From Eledone cirrhosa (taxonomy: Eukaryota), in contig OZ024740.1 in NCBI GenBank assembly GCA_964016885.1, positions 284,022,001 through 284,086,000 of the forward strand: a stretch of 64,000 bases of DNA, written 5' to 3'. A program made the position numbers and the translations under genes. The notes beneath the pieces are model-generated. The model made no database searches and had not been told where the DNA came from. It saw only the letters and a list, made by a program, of their open reading frames with translations. The stretch's first letter is position 1; the number at the start of each line of letters is the position of its first letter. This document shows positions 1 through 11,171 of the stretch, piece by piece.

Positions 1-951
1 CACCCAATCCACCCTGTTAGATGGTTGTTTCGGCGTCACAATAAAATGTACCCAGTCCTCACTGTGATGTGGTAAGCATAAGGAAGGGCATCCAGGTGTA
101 TAAACCAAGCCCCAAACAGTTCTGTATGAGCAAGATATGGTCACCTGACCTGACTTGTCTCAATGTGACAGTACATCTAACCTATACAATCATGGAAAAT
201 AGAAGTTAAATAGTAATGATGAGATATATATATATATAATATAAAATAATAATGAAATTATTGTGTACAGTGCTCAGGTGCACTACAACTCATCAAAGGT
301 TCATGTATAGTACATAGAATAATATACAAATGTGTATATATATATATATATAATTTATGTTGTATGATTTACCAATGGGGTAGATCTGTAATAAGTTAAA
401 GCACTTGACATTATGAAATACTTATTGTGATTTTGCAACATTAAAAGGATATTTCAAATACGACCTTCTGTTGTTATTGTCCTATATCTATTTTATTTAT
501 TTACTTTTATATATATATATATATATAGCATTGGCCTTGCAATCGAAAGGATGTGAGTTCTATTCTCAGACCGGGTGATGTGTTGCTTCCTTGAGCAAGA
601 CACTTTATTTCCCATTGCTCCAGTTTACTCAGCTGTAGGAATGAGATGATAGGGACTGGGATCCATATCATTCCACTGCAGAGTGGACGTGTAGGTGCCA
701 CAGAAAAAAAACACCCAACACTCAATGTAAATGAGGTTGGTGTTAGGAAGGGCATCCAGCTGTAGAAATGAAGCCAGAATCAGTTCCCGTCCCACCCTTG
801 CAAGCAGGGAAAAGCGAACGTAAAATGATGATGATTATGTAATCTGAGTTTTTTTTAATATTAATAATAACATTCAATTCATTTGCAATTTTGCAAACAA
901 GCCTCAATTTTATGGCCATGTCATTCTTGCTCTTGTGTTGGCATGTAAACA

Positions 952-1001
952 GAACTGCAGACACTAATGTTTCTGGGTGTCACCCTTCATCAGTACAGCT
1001 C
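952..1001 (-). ncRNA. Type I hammerhead ribozyme motif (inverted copy of 1520-1569)
   Basis: Reverse complement of the 1520-1569 motif; lies in the sense of the MCTP pre-mRNA. Confidence 0.82.
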
Positions 1002-1519
1002 ATTGTTCACCTGCCAAACTGTCAGAGCTAGTGAAAATATATGCTATTTTCAAAAATACACAGTGACTGATCGGCCTGATTTGCATATTAGCAGACTGGC
1101 TGATCAGTCAGATCTGCATATTAGCAGATCCACTGATCAGCCAGATTTGCATATCAGCAGACTGGCCAATCAGTTTCCTGTATACGAGCGATAAATGGCC
1201 AGCTTTGCCAAATTCAAATTTAAAAAAAATTTTGCTCTACATGGCTGAATACAATAAATGTAATCTGAGTTTTTTCGAATATTATTAATAACATTCGATT
1301 CGTTTGCAATTTTGCAAACAAGCCCCAATTTTATAGCCATGTCAGTAGAATGAACACTTCATTCTTGCTCTTGTGTTGGCATGCTAACAGAACTGCAGAC
1401 ACTAATGTTTCTGGGTATCAGCCAGTCTGCTAACATGCAAATCAAGCCGATCAGTCACTGTGTATTTTTGAAAATAGCATATATTTTCACTAGCTCTGAC
1501 AGTTTGGCAGGTGAACAGT

Positions 1520-1569
1520 GAGCTGTACTGATGAAGGGTGACACCCAGAAACATTAGTGTCTGCAGTTC
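1520..1569 (+). ncRNA. Type I hammerhead ribozyme motif
   Basis: GAGCTGTA CTGATGA A GGGT GAC ACCC A GAAA CATTAGT GTC TGCAGTTC. Helix I is 8 bp with two G-U pairs; GTC at 1559-1561. Confidence 0.82.
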
Positions 1570-1700
1570 TGTTCGCATGCCAACACATGGCTATAAAATT
1601 GAGGCTTGTTTGCAAAATTGCAAACGAATCGAATGTTATTATTAATATTAAAAAAACCAGATTACATTCATTGTATTCAGCCATGTAGAGCGAACATTTT

Positions 1701-1747
<47 letters not shown>

Positions 1748-4020
1748 TATATATATAAGTACACATAATAAATAAAAATGTAACCAAATGTTCAGATAGA
1801 ATTTATAACATTTTTACGAGTCTTACATATGTTTCTACAAATGAAATAAAATTAAAGATAGGGATGATTTTAAAAAGATTTCATTTTAGTAAGATTCCAG
1901 TAATTGGAAGTAAATACTTTTAATAGTTACCAGGCTTAAAATAAAAGAAAAAGAAAAATTTCCCTCCTCATATTAATTTAATTTCATTGGTTATAAATTG
2001 TATCTGAACCCTTTGTCTGATTATTATTCATTTAAAATAAAGTACCAGTGATGCACTAGGGTTGATTTAGTCAACTTTCCCCTTCCCTTCAAATTGCTGG
2101 CCAAGTGCCAAATGTAGAAACAATTATTAATGCTCTGTGACCTTACACTCGTAAAATATTTTGGGCTATTTATCCTATTGGTTCATTATATTTGCAGATT
2201 CTAGAAACACATTGTGCTTTAAATCTATGCATGTGTTTCATAAACATGCATTTAACTTCACTATGCGAATAGACCTTGTGGTCAAACCAAAGGGCTTTAT
2301 CTGTAGAATGAACTGAAGAATAAATCCTGTAAACACTTTTAACAAATTTGTAAAGACAAGCAAAACATTTATGCAATTCCAATGACTAAAAACGAAGTTA
2401 CTCTAATTTTTGAAATTTAATTTGACAATATCTTCAATTATAGGTGAAAAGCAAACTTATTAGCCACAGTCATGTTTATACTTCATAAACCAGTTATAAA
2501 ATATGAAAATAAACAACTTTAACACAATTTGAATTTTGATAAACTGCCAATTCTACAAATTATTATTTATACCTTTACAAATTGCTAAAACTGTTATTGG
2601 TTAACAAGCGAACCTCTACAGATAACTTTACCTACTAGAAACTGCAGCTGAATATGTCTCATATAACCCCTACGTTCATAAAAACAAAACAAAATTTTGT
2701 AGTTTAGGATTTTTACTAATGAATATCTCAATATTTGACAACATAGGTGAATTTACAGATTCTGCCTGTATGACCACAAGTGAATCTTATATATATCAAC
2801 AGTTATCTCCACTTGAATGTTATTAGTCCTTCAACAAAGAATGACTTGGAGTCATCAACACCTTAATCTCTATGCCATTTTCATACCCCTTTTTGATGAT
2901 TAAATTTTCCCTACCTTTCTCACAATATCTTTATGTTGATTATCCCTAATTTTCTACCCTATGAAATTCTTTTAATTCACATCTACCTCCATCTTTTTAT
3001 TCATATGTATGCTGTTTATAATCTACCATTTTTTTTTCAGTAGAAATCTATCAACTTAAAACTTACATTTAAAATGGAATTAAATTGTAGTGGACTGTAT
3101 TTTAACACTATGTTACACTATACAGCATTACATTAGAGAAGCCAATGAGAGAGCTTCTACAAGGTCTCTTGACCCGCTGGTGGTAGCAGTTATGTCTCCT
3201 CAAATTACACCCTACTGTCTTCAAAGGAAGGACAGATTATATAATTATAATAAAATGTAGTTGGAAATATACAGGTTGATGGGATGGTTACAACTGGAAT
3301 GCCTTTGATCATGTATCTGTTTGATCAAAGCTGACAAAGTTGAACAACAATAACATTTACATATACTATACTACTAATGCACTAAGAATAAATGTTAGAC
3401 TATCTACAGGATACAAAAGCTCAATACTCCCTATATATGTACCCCCTATAACAGTAACAAAAACATTTACCCAACAACAAAATCAGCTGAAGGAGCCTTT
3501 ATGCAATTTCTAAATCTACTAGAAATAGCAGTCAGTTCTCCCATGCAAAATCCCACTCTACCATCATAAAGAAAGAAGAACACCATCCCAAAGTAAGGAT
3601 ACACAGAAAAACTTGTCAGTTATGGCTTGAATGTTTTTGATTTGCTCATCTGTAACTCTCATCCTATTCTATAAACCTCACCCCAAAACATTAGCAGTAA
3701 TTCCTATATCATCTACAACAGCTGTAATAACCCCTTACTCATCCTCCAACAGCATCAGTTACTGTCAGTTTATAATATGTGTTGTTTTTGTGCATGTTGG
3801 ACCTCAGTTGGGTTCTAACGATGAGTACTCCAGTAGATCCAATCAACAGAACTGTCTACGAAGCCTTAATGTATTTCTCAAGAAAATTCAGAGTGAAACA
3901 ATGTATGACAAAGCTTGCCCCTTATATTACAGGTACAACTCATTTTTGCTAGCTGAGTAAACTGGAGCAACATGATATAAAGCATCTGTTCATAACATAA
4001 GTATGTTTAGTAATACTTAC

Positions 4021-4130
4021 CCCACAACAAGAGCAACATTCGCAGTGGGATTAAGTAGCAGATTATGGCACCTAGCAGCAGAAATATCACAGCAAGAGTA
4101 GAGAGCCACGGAATGCTCCAATTAAATGTA
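4021..4130 (-). CDS. MCTP: MCTP exon (second transmembrane segment)
   Basis: TAG/GTAAGT, 110 nt, phase 2-1. TFNWSIPWLSTLAVIFLLLGAIICYLIPLRMLLLLW(G). The gene continues past position 1. Confidence 0.95.
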
Positions 4131-5345
4131 CTACAACAAAGAAAAGAGAATGATTATCATGGTATTAAGAAAGATTGCATAGAGTAGATTACAAAAGGTA
4201 ATGTAATTTAACCACACCACAATAACCATAAATGTTATCCCGCCGAGGTTAACTGTGCCTTTCATCCTTACAGGGTTGATAAAATAAAGTACCAGTAATA
4301 CACTGGGTAATTGCTGGCCTTGTGCCAAAAGCAGAAACAATTATTTCTGAGTAAGTTTCTGGCTGTTTGCATAGAATGTACCAAATGCTAAATTTGTTAA
4401 CATTTTGTTAGATAATCTTGGCTAAGAATATAGTGAGAGTGACTTCCCTTTAATTCAATGAGTTTCATCCATAAAGATTCAAACACTTAAACCTAATAGT
4501 CTTCTGCACCAAATAAGATAAGTGTGACTTTCTCTATGTTACTATAAAACACATGGCTGATTATTTAACATGTATAATTCTGCATTATGGACTTCTATAA
4601 TTATTTCAATAGGATATTTACTTTGACTTTAGATGAAAAGAATTATGACACTTAAAGTCTGTTTGTATTTCAGTATTTCTTTTCTTTTCCAATTATCCGG
4701 ACCCCGGACAGTTGACCTCCGTAAAATCGGATCGATATAAGACAGTGTCATTGGCCATTGTCTGTGGAAATGCTTTTGCCATTTTGTCCATGGGGCACAG
4801 CCAAAACACTCCTCTGACCTAGGTGTAGAGTCTGTCACCTAGTTTCCTTCCCCCTTTCTTTCTTCCTTTGTCTAGTAGTCCTTGCTCTTTCCCTCCTTTT
4901 CCCTCTCTATAGTCCTTACAGGGTTGATAAAATAAAGTACCAGTAATACTCTATAGTCCTTTCCAATGCTGCTCTCTTTTCTGTATGTTTACATAATTCT
5001 ACTACAAAATAAAATTGTCTTCTATTATAAACTATATATTCCGATGAATGCTTATTCAACTTTTCTATTAAAACATCTGAAGTGAAGGCCAAGAACAATT
5101 TAAGAAAGGATTCTATTTAAAATAACAGCTATATGCTTATATATTTCAAGTGTTTCCCCCAGATATTTTACTCATATTCTTCCAAGTTTCCTCATACTAT
5201 CCACCAAATTCTGTATGAGTCTATATATGCAATATTCTAACAAATTTTCTCCAGCTAAATCAAAAGATCAAACTGCAGTAAAATAATATTCAGGAATTTA
5301 TTCAACTTCATTATTCATTTGATTATAAACATATACACATATATG

Positions 5346-5425
<80 letters not shown>

Positions 5426-5577
5426 TATATATATATATATGTCTCTCTCTCTCTATATATATATATATGTCTATATATATATATATAGTAATAATAATAA
5501 ATTTGAAGACTAAAATCCAAAGAGGGCTCGATAAGGATAAATATATATCAAATATATAAGAACTGTAGAGCAAATAT

Positions 5578-5725
5578 TTATTAAAATAACAGATTAAAGT
5601 TTAAGCAAAGAATCAGTGCTTTCACCCTTAACGGGATCTTCTGAAACTCAGAAGAGTTTCAGAAGATCCCGTTAAGGGTGAAAGCAGCGATTCTTTGCTT
5701 AAACTTTAATCTGTTATTTTAATAA
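5578..5725. repeat. Fold-back with 72 bp arms and 4 nt loop
   Basis: ..GATCTTCTGAAACTC AGAA GAGTTTCAGAAGATC..; near-perfect arms between TA tracts. The right arm recurs inside the Helitrons. Confidence 0.9.
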
Positions 5726-5998
5726 CTATATATATATCATCATCATTTAATGTCCGCTTTTCCCTGCTTGCAAGGGTGGGACGGGAACTGATTCTGGCTT
5801 GATTTCTACAGTTGGATGCCCTTCCTAACACCAACCTCATTTACAGTGAGTGCTGGGTGCTTTTTTGCCATGGCACCTCCACGACCACTTTGCAGTGGAA
5901 TGATATGGACCCCAGTCCCTATCATCTCATTTCTACAGCTGAGTAAACTGGAGAAATGTGAAATAAAGTGTCTTGCTCAAGGAAACAACACATCACCC

Positions 5999-6071
5999 AT
6001 ATATATGTATGTCTACATATATATATATGTCTATATATATATATATATATGTCTATATATATATATATATA

Positions 6072-6111
<40 letters not shown>

Positions 6112-6308
6112 TTCGTCAAGCAACTTGAGGACGATGCTGGATGCACTGCGGAAGAACTGGCAAACGCTATGAGAGACAGAGATGAATGGAGGAAACATGT
6201 CGTAGAAAGCCGAGCAAGCTCGACCTGATGATGATGATGATATATATATATATATATGTCTATATATATATATATATATAAATATATATATACATATATA
6301 TATATATG

Positions 6309-6365
<57 letters not shown>

Positions 6366-6366
6366 G

Positions 6367-6397
<31 letters not shown>

Positions 6398-6412
6398 GTA
6401 TATATATATATG

Positions 6413-6503
<91 letters not shown>

Positions 6504-6518
6504 GTATATATATATATG

Positions 6519-6549
<31 letters not shown>

Positions 6550-6550
6550 G

Positions 6551-6604
<54 letters not shown>

Positions 6605-6628
6605 TATATATATAAATACATATATATA
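5999..6628. repeat. Long interrupted (TA)n microsatellite
   Basis: TA repeats with TG/CA/GTC interruptions; source of the YI-repeat ORFs. Confidence 0.98.
6108..6240 (+). mobile_element. Short RTE-like LINE 3' end inside a TA tract
   Basis: [28 protein letters not shown]..stop, then (GAT)n. Confidence 0.6.
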
Positions 6629-7679
6629 GGAGTCCATCTGGTGGTGGTGGGGTTGATAACGTTGTTAGAACTCAATGTATCCTAGGAAGGTTGGTTGTGG
6701 CCAGAATCAACAGTGTGACCTGTAGTTCCTGTGGTAGGTGATCCCTGCCTAAGGTATCCTCGAAGAAAATCCGTCTGGGTTACAGAGTCATTTACATATA
6801 TGTGTTAGAACAATAAAAACAGAAGTCAGGTGTAGGTAGAGAGTTAGTGTGCGTGTGTGTGCGTGCATGCATGCGTGTGTGTTTGTGGATCTATATTTGT
6901 CTCTTCTTTTTACATTCAACATTGCAGGCTGTGATATTTGTTTACATTCCATATCAACAGAGGTTTTGCTCTTCAGTAGTGAGATCAGTGAAGATCTGTA
7001 TCTTTCTGAATTATCAAGTGAGGTTTGATATCAGGAAGAGGATCTGGCCATTGAATTTTACTTCAAATAGGTTTTCAAACCTATACCAGCATAAAAAAAT
7101 CATTTAATGTCTACTTTCCCTGCTAGCAAGGTTTAGATGGGTTGGTACTCAAAACAATGGTACTGACTCCACAGTGGCCAGGAGCTTGCATCTCACTTAT
7201 GTTCCTGCGCCCTACTGAGTAGTGGAGGTGTGTGGCCTAGTGGCAAGTGTGATAGACTTAGGATCATAACATCATGGGTTCAATTCCTGGACTGGGTTGT
7301 GTGTTGTGTTCTTGACCAAAGCACTTCATTTCACGTTGCTCCAGTATATTCAGCTGAAAATGAGTACCAGCAGTTGCTGTGGGTTTAACCCTGCGATGGA
7401 TTGGCATCCAGTCCACCAGGGAGAGCCTTGTACTCTCAGTTGCTTAACACCATGAAAAACCAGGATAAGTACCGGCTTGATGAGTCTCTGGTCTCAAGAC
7501 AGACTTTAGACTCTACTGAGTTGCTTATATACAACCCCATGCTCTATGGAGTTCATTTTATCATGACACCAGTATTGAGGAGGTTGTCATGTCTTTGGGA
7601 CAGCTGAAGAGCCCTGCCCTTCCTATCACCAACCACTTTACAGAGTATAGATGTTTGTATATGCTAGCATGAAAGATGG

Positions 7680-8301
7680 ACGTTAAACAATGATGATGAT
7701 GATATGTTGATAGTTTCTCCTTCTAAATGATATAATTAACAGTGGAGCACAGTGTTCAGAGAGCATAACAGCTAGAATAAGGACAAGATGGAAGAAGTTT
7801 AGGGAACTGCCACCCTTTCTAACAACAAAAGGTTTCTCCCTGCGAATGAAAGGCTGGCTGCATGATGCCTGTATGCAACGTGCCATGTTGCATGGTAATG
7901 AGACATGGGCAGTGAATGCAGAGGACATGTGAAGCCTGGAGAGGAATGAGGCAAGCATGCTTTGATGAATATGCAATGTTAATGTATGAGATGATGAAGC
8001 ATGGATGGACTGAGGGAGAGACTGGGTATAAGAGGAATCAGAAGTGGTGTGCAGAAGATTAGACTTCATAGGTATCGGCATGTGATGTGCACGGATGATG
8101 ATTGCTGAGTGAGGAAGTGCCCAATAATCCCAGTGGAAGGAAGTGGCAGTAGAAGACCAAGGAAAACCTGGATGGAAGTGGTGAGAACTGATCTCAGATC
8201 GCTAAAGCTCATGGAGGAGATAACAAGTGGGGATATGCTGTACTTAGAAAGACCCATCCAACCTATGCAAGCATGGAACAACGGACATAAAATGATGATG
8301 A
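7680..8301 (+). mobile_element. RTE LINE 3' fragment
   Basis: Degenerate FRELPPFLTTKGFSLRMKG, GSRRPRKTWMEVVRTDL; (GAT)n tail; homologous to the 56.5-59 kb element. Confidence 0.85.
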
Positions 8302-8398
8302 TATGTGTATGTGTGTATATATATATATAATTGACCATCTGCCTTAGAAATGCATCTAACTTACAATAAAAGTGTAAAGAAGAAAATATATCGCCTAC

Positions 8399-8505
8399 TT
8401 TTTTACCCTTTCCCCAAGGCAAGCAATCATATCCATCGTTTGCTGTACCTGGAGACAAACCTCCTGTATAGCTTGCAGTTTTTCCTTTAAGGATTTTTTC
8501 TCTTC
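8399..8505 (-). CDS. MCTP: MCTP exon (PRT_C-type C-terminal region)
   Basis: CAG/GTAGGC, 107 nt, phase 0-2. EEKKSLKEKLQAIQEVCLQVQQTMDMIACLGERVK(N). Confidence 0.95.
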
Positions 8506-8999
8506 CTGTATAAAATAGAGAGAAAACTAATATTTTTATGATTTGAACAGAAAATATGTCTTATTTGATATTCATTCATTAAAGTAGTTTATAATTTAAT
8601 TTGAAACTCTTATTAAAACTAACTCATGTATCAAATACTATTCAAGAATGTCTTGGTAATGTGGTTTCGTAGGTACAGGACATTAAAAGTCAAGGCATTT
8701 AGTTGGAGTCTCATGTTCAAATGTTTTAATGTTCTATTAACAAACCAGAAATGGGTGTGAATGAGAACGATTATGAAATAAAGATATTAATAAAAGTGAA
8801 GGATTAAAGAAGGGCAGATCTGGCTGTGTGGGAAAGCAGAGGAAAGAACTATAAAAGCCATAAATAAGAAAAGGAGAGGAAAATCAAGGACTGTAGGACT
8901 ACAGAAGAAAAGGAGGGGGAAGGGGAGAGGGTGATGGGCTCTGGGCCTAGAGCGCGGTGGTATTGGGGCTGCGCCCTGCGGACAAAACTACAAAAGCAT

Positions 9000-10030
9000 T
9001 TCCACGAACAATGGCCAGCAACAGCCGCAACAACGGTCACTCCACCTCGCGGGCTCCTTCCACAGTCAGGCTACTGACATTCTGATCTTGCGGAGGAGCT
9101 TGGCAGTGCAGGGTCTGAGGATGCCTGAAGTGTCGACAGCAACCAGTGCAGAGAGGAAGCAGCTGGACAATCCCTGGTATTTGTTTGTCTTCATGTATTC
9201 TGCATTGCAGGCCACAGTACCGAGGTTTTTGGTCAAAGCGACAAAGTTGGAGGTGGAGAATGTGTAACAACATCTGGTGGCCCAGATGAGGGATCTACCT
9301 CCTTTGAATGAGAAGAGTGTAATTCCGTCAGGGTGCTTGCCGTCTCCACGGTTGAGGCTTGCTGACTCCAGTTATGATGGGAAGCCAGCTGCATCCAGGC
9401 TCCTTCCCAATATGTTGTTGAGAGCAGCATGTCGAGGGAACCAGCCTGCACCCTGGCAGCATGACAGTGGGTGCAGGCCAAACTTGTCAACAACCGCCCC
9501 ACAATGGTATTTATGTGGCTCACACATGCGGAGGCTGAGGCATTGGGCCACTCCAATGAGAGTGCACTTGTCATCAAGAAGGGCACCAGTTGATGAGGAG
9601 GGCACTGAATGGAGCCAAGCAATGCTGTTTGGCTGCAAAGGTGATGGGAGCCAGGTGAGGCGGTGTTGGTCCAAGCCAGACTCTATCCACCCGAAGGAAG
9701 ACCTGCATTTCATGCTGTCCCACATATATTCGACATTTGTATACTGAGGGACAGAGAGGCCTTTACCCGTCAGCATCTGCTCGAGATCTGGAGCCTCATC
9801 AGGTTCAGCTGAGGACCTCGCTGATGAGAGTGCAACTGGAGGAGACTGAGGAAAAGTAGGTTGGTAGTGCCAGGTCCGAAGTAGATCGGACGCCGAGCAC
9901 ACCAAACCTCGCTGGGAGTTCACCTGTGGCCAGACAGTGCTGTTGAAACTGACATTGCAGGTGAGTTCTGTACACCGAGGTGATCTGTTTGGGGGTGACA
10001 AAGTGTGAACAAGAATTTGGGGAGGGTGAA
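9000..10030 (-). mobile_element. CRE-like non-LTR retrotransposon C-terminal fragment (Cys/His knuckle plus restriction-like endonuclease)
   Basis: AWLHSVPSSSTGALLD..CEPHKYHCGAVVDKFGLHPLSC..RHAALNNI..AGFPS, followed by GDGKHPDGITL (PD motif). Clade assignment is from recalled motifs. Confidence 0.75.
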
Positions 10031-10090
10031 GCAGTTCCTCTCCAGGTTTGAATATGGCAGATTTCTTCCAGAGAAGAATAGGGAGTGAAA

Positions 10091-10270
10091 GAATGGAAGT
10101 GAGAAAGAGATATAGAGGAAGAATGGAAGTGAGAAAGAGATATAGAGGAAGAATGGAAGTGAGAAAGAGATATAGAGGAAGAATGGAAGTGAGAAAGAGA
10201 TATAGAGGAAGAATGGAAGTGAGAAAGAGATATAGAGGAAGAATGGAAGTGAGAAAGAGATATAGAGGAA
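10091..10270. repeat. Perfect 30 bp minisatellite, 6 copies
   Basis: GAATGGAAGTGAGAAAGAGATATAGAGGAA repeated six times without spacers. Confidence 0.97.
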
Positions 10271-10489
10271 GAATCGACCTTGAATGAAGAAAGACAAAGT
10301 TGACCTCGGTGGAATTTGAACACAGAGCAGAGAACTGAAATGAATACTGCCAAGCACTCTATCCAACATTCTAACAACTCTGCCAATTCACTGCCTTATA
10401 TATATATACAAATTATTAACAAACTTGTGGAATCCTGTGATGATCTCTGTATCTGTAACAAGCATATTTCTGGTGTATTTTTATCTTTA

Positions 10490-10870
10490 TCATTGGCAGT
10501 ATCGGTAGAGGGTCGGACGCCATGCTTTCCAGCACAATTACGTCCCTTTACAGTCTGAGTTCAAATCCCGCCGAGGTTAACTTTGCCTTTCATCCTTACG
10601 GGGTCGATAAAATAAAGTACCAGTAATGCACTGGAGTAATTGCTGGCCTTGTGCCTAAAGTAGAAACAACTATTATCATCGGTAGATTGGCAGTATCGGT
10701 AAAGCGTCCTATGCCATGATTTGCAGCAAAGAGTTATGGCCCTTTGCATTCTGAGTTCAAATCCCGCCGAGGTTAACTTTGCCTTTCATCCTTACGGGGT
10801 CGATAAAATAAAGTACCAGTAATGCACTGGGGTAATTGCTGGCCTTGTGCCAAAAGTAGAAACAATTACT
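10490..10870 (+). mobile_element. Tandem dimer of a tRNA-related SINE (Meta-SINE-like central domain)
   Basis: Two units with GAGTTCAAATCC and GCCTTTCATCCTTACGGGGTCGATAAAATAAAGTACC. Other copies at about 4230-4345, 11598-11788 (-), 27495-27645, 29018-29390, 35125-35330 (-), 49838-49940 (-), 54915-55022 (-) and 61580-61730 (-). Confidence 0.85.
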
Positions 10871-11123
10871 ATCATTGGTGTTGAAAATGAAGCCTTGTAT
10901 CATCTATACTATCATGGTCAGTATAGTCATAGCTATTTTGATCTATTGACCAGGAGAGACAGAGAATAAAGCCTCTATAAACTAATATGAATAAAAACAA
11001 TACATTTTAGTTTATTTTAGTCAAATTTACAAATTCATACCAGTTGCCTTTACTCCAGCACCTATTACATCACAGCCATTACTTAAAAATAAATAAATTA
11101 AAAAAATTTCAAATAAAACAAAC

Positions 11124-11171
11124 CTTTTCTTTATCCTCCTCCTCCTCTTCTTCATCATCATCAACATAATC
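11124..11171 (-). CDS. MCTP: MCTP small exon (acidic loop)
   Basis: CAG/GTTTGT, 48 nt, phase 0-0. DYVDDDEEEEEEDKEK, matching the acidic stretch between the MCTP membrane segments. Confidence 0.88.

Larger units (their letters stand above)
837..1700. mobile_element. Hammerhead-bearing non-coding element with tandem plus inverted units (Penelope-like pseudo-LTR / retrozyme-like)
   Basis: A unit repeats with about 421 nt period (837 vs 1258), is cut at about 1417 and continues as an inverted copy to about 1700, ending in (TA)n. Family assignment is inference. Confidence 0.7.

Noticed and set aside
507-755. Recurrent MPFLTPTSF.. ORF (also 5816, 18117, 43546) suggesting a small gene family
   Set aside because: It is the antisense reading of a SINE; the copies coincide with SINE boundaries.
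1745-2030. GAAACATATGTA (minus strand) with a short inverted repeat after a TA tract
   Set aside because: Probably another decayed Penelope-like terminus, but no CTGAnGA box is visible.
1-4020. Search for the final MCTP exons (INKF..ELLDFLSRVP type)
   Set aside because: Not found by eye; presumed to lie before position 1.
5298-6685. Long ORFs of YI/IY/ER repeats
   Set aside because: Translations of (TA)n and (GA)n microsatellites. The same applies to 21902-22087, 25466-25801 and 53275-53616.
10091-10270. 30 bp repeats resembling a CRISPR array
   Set aside because: No spacers, eukaryotic intron, no cas genes; it is a plain minisatellite.
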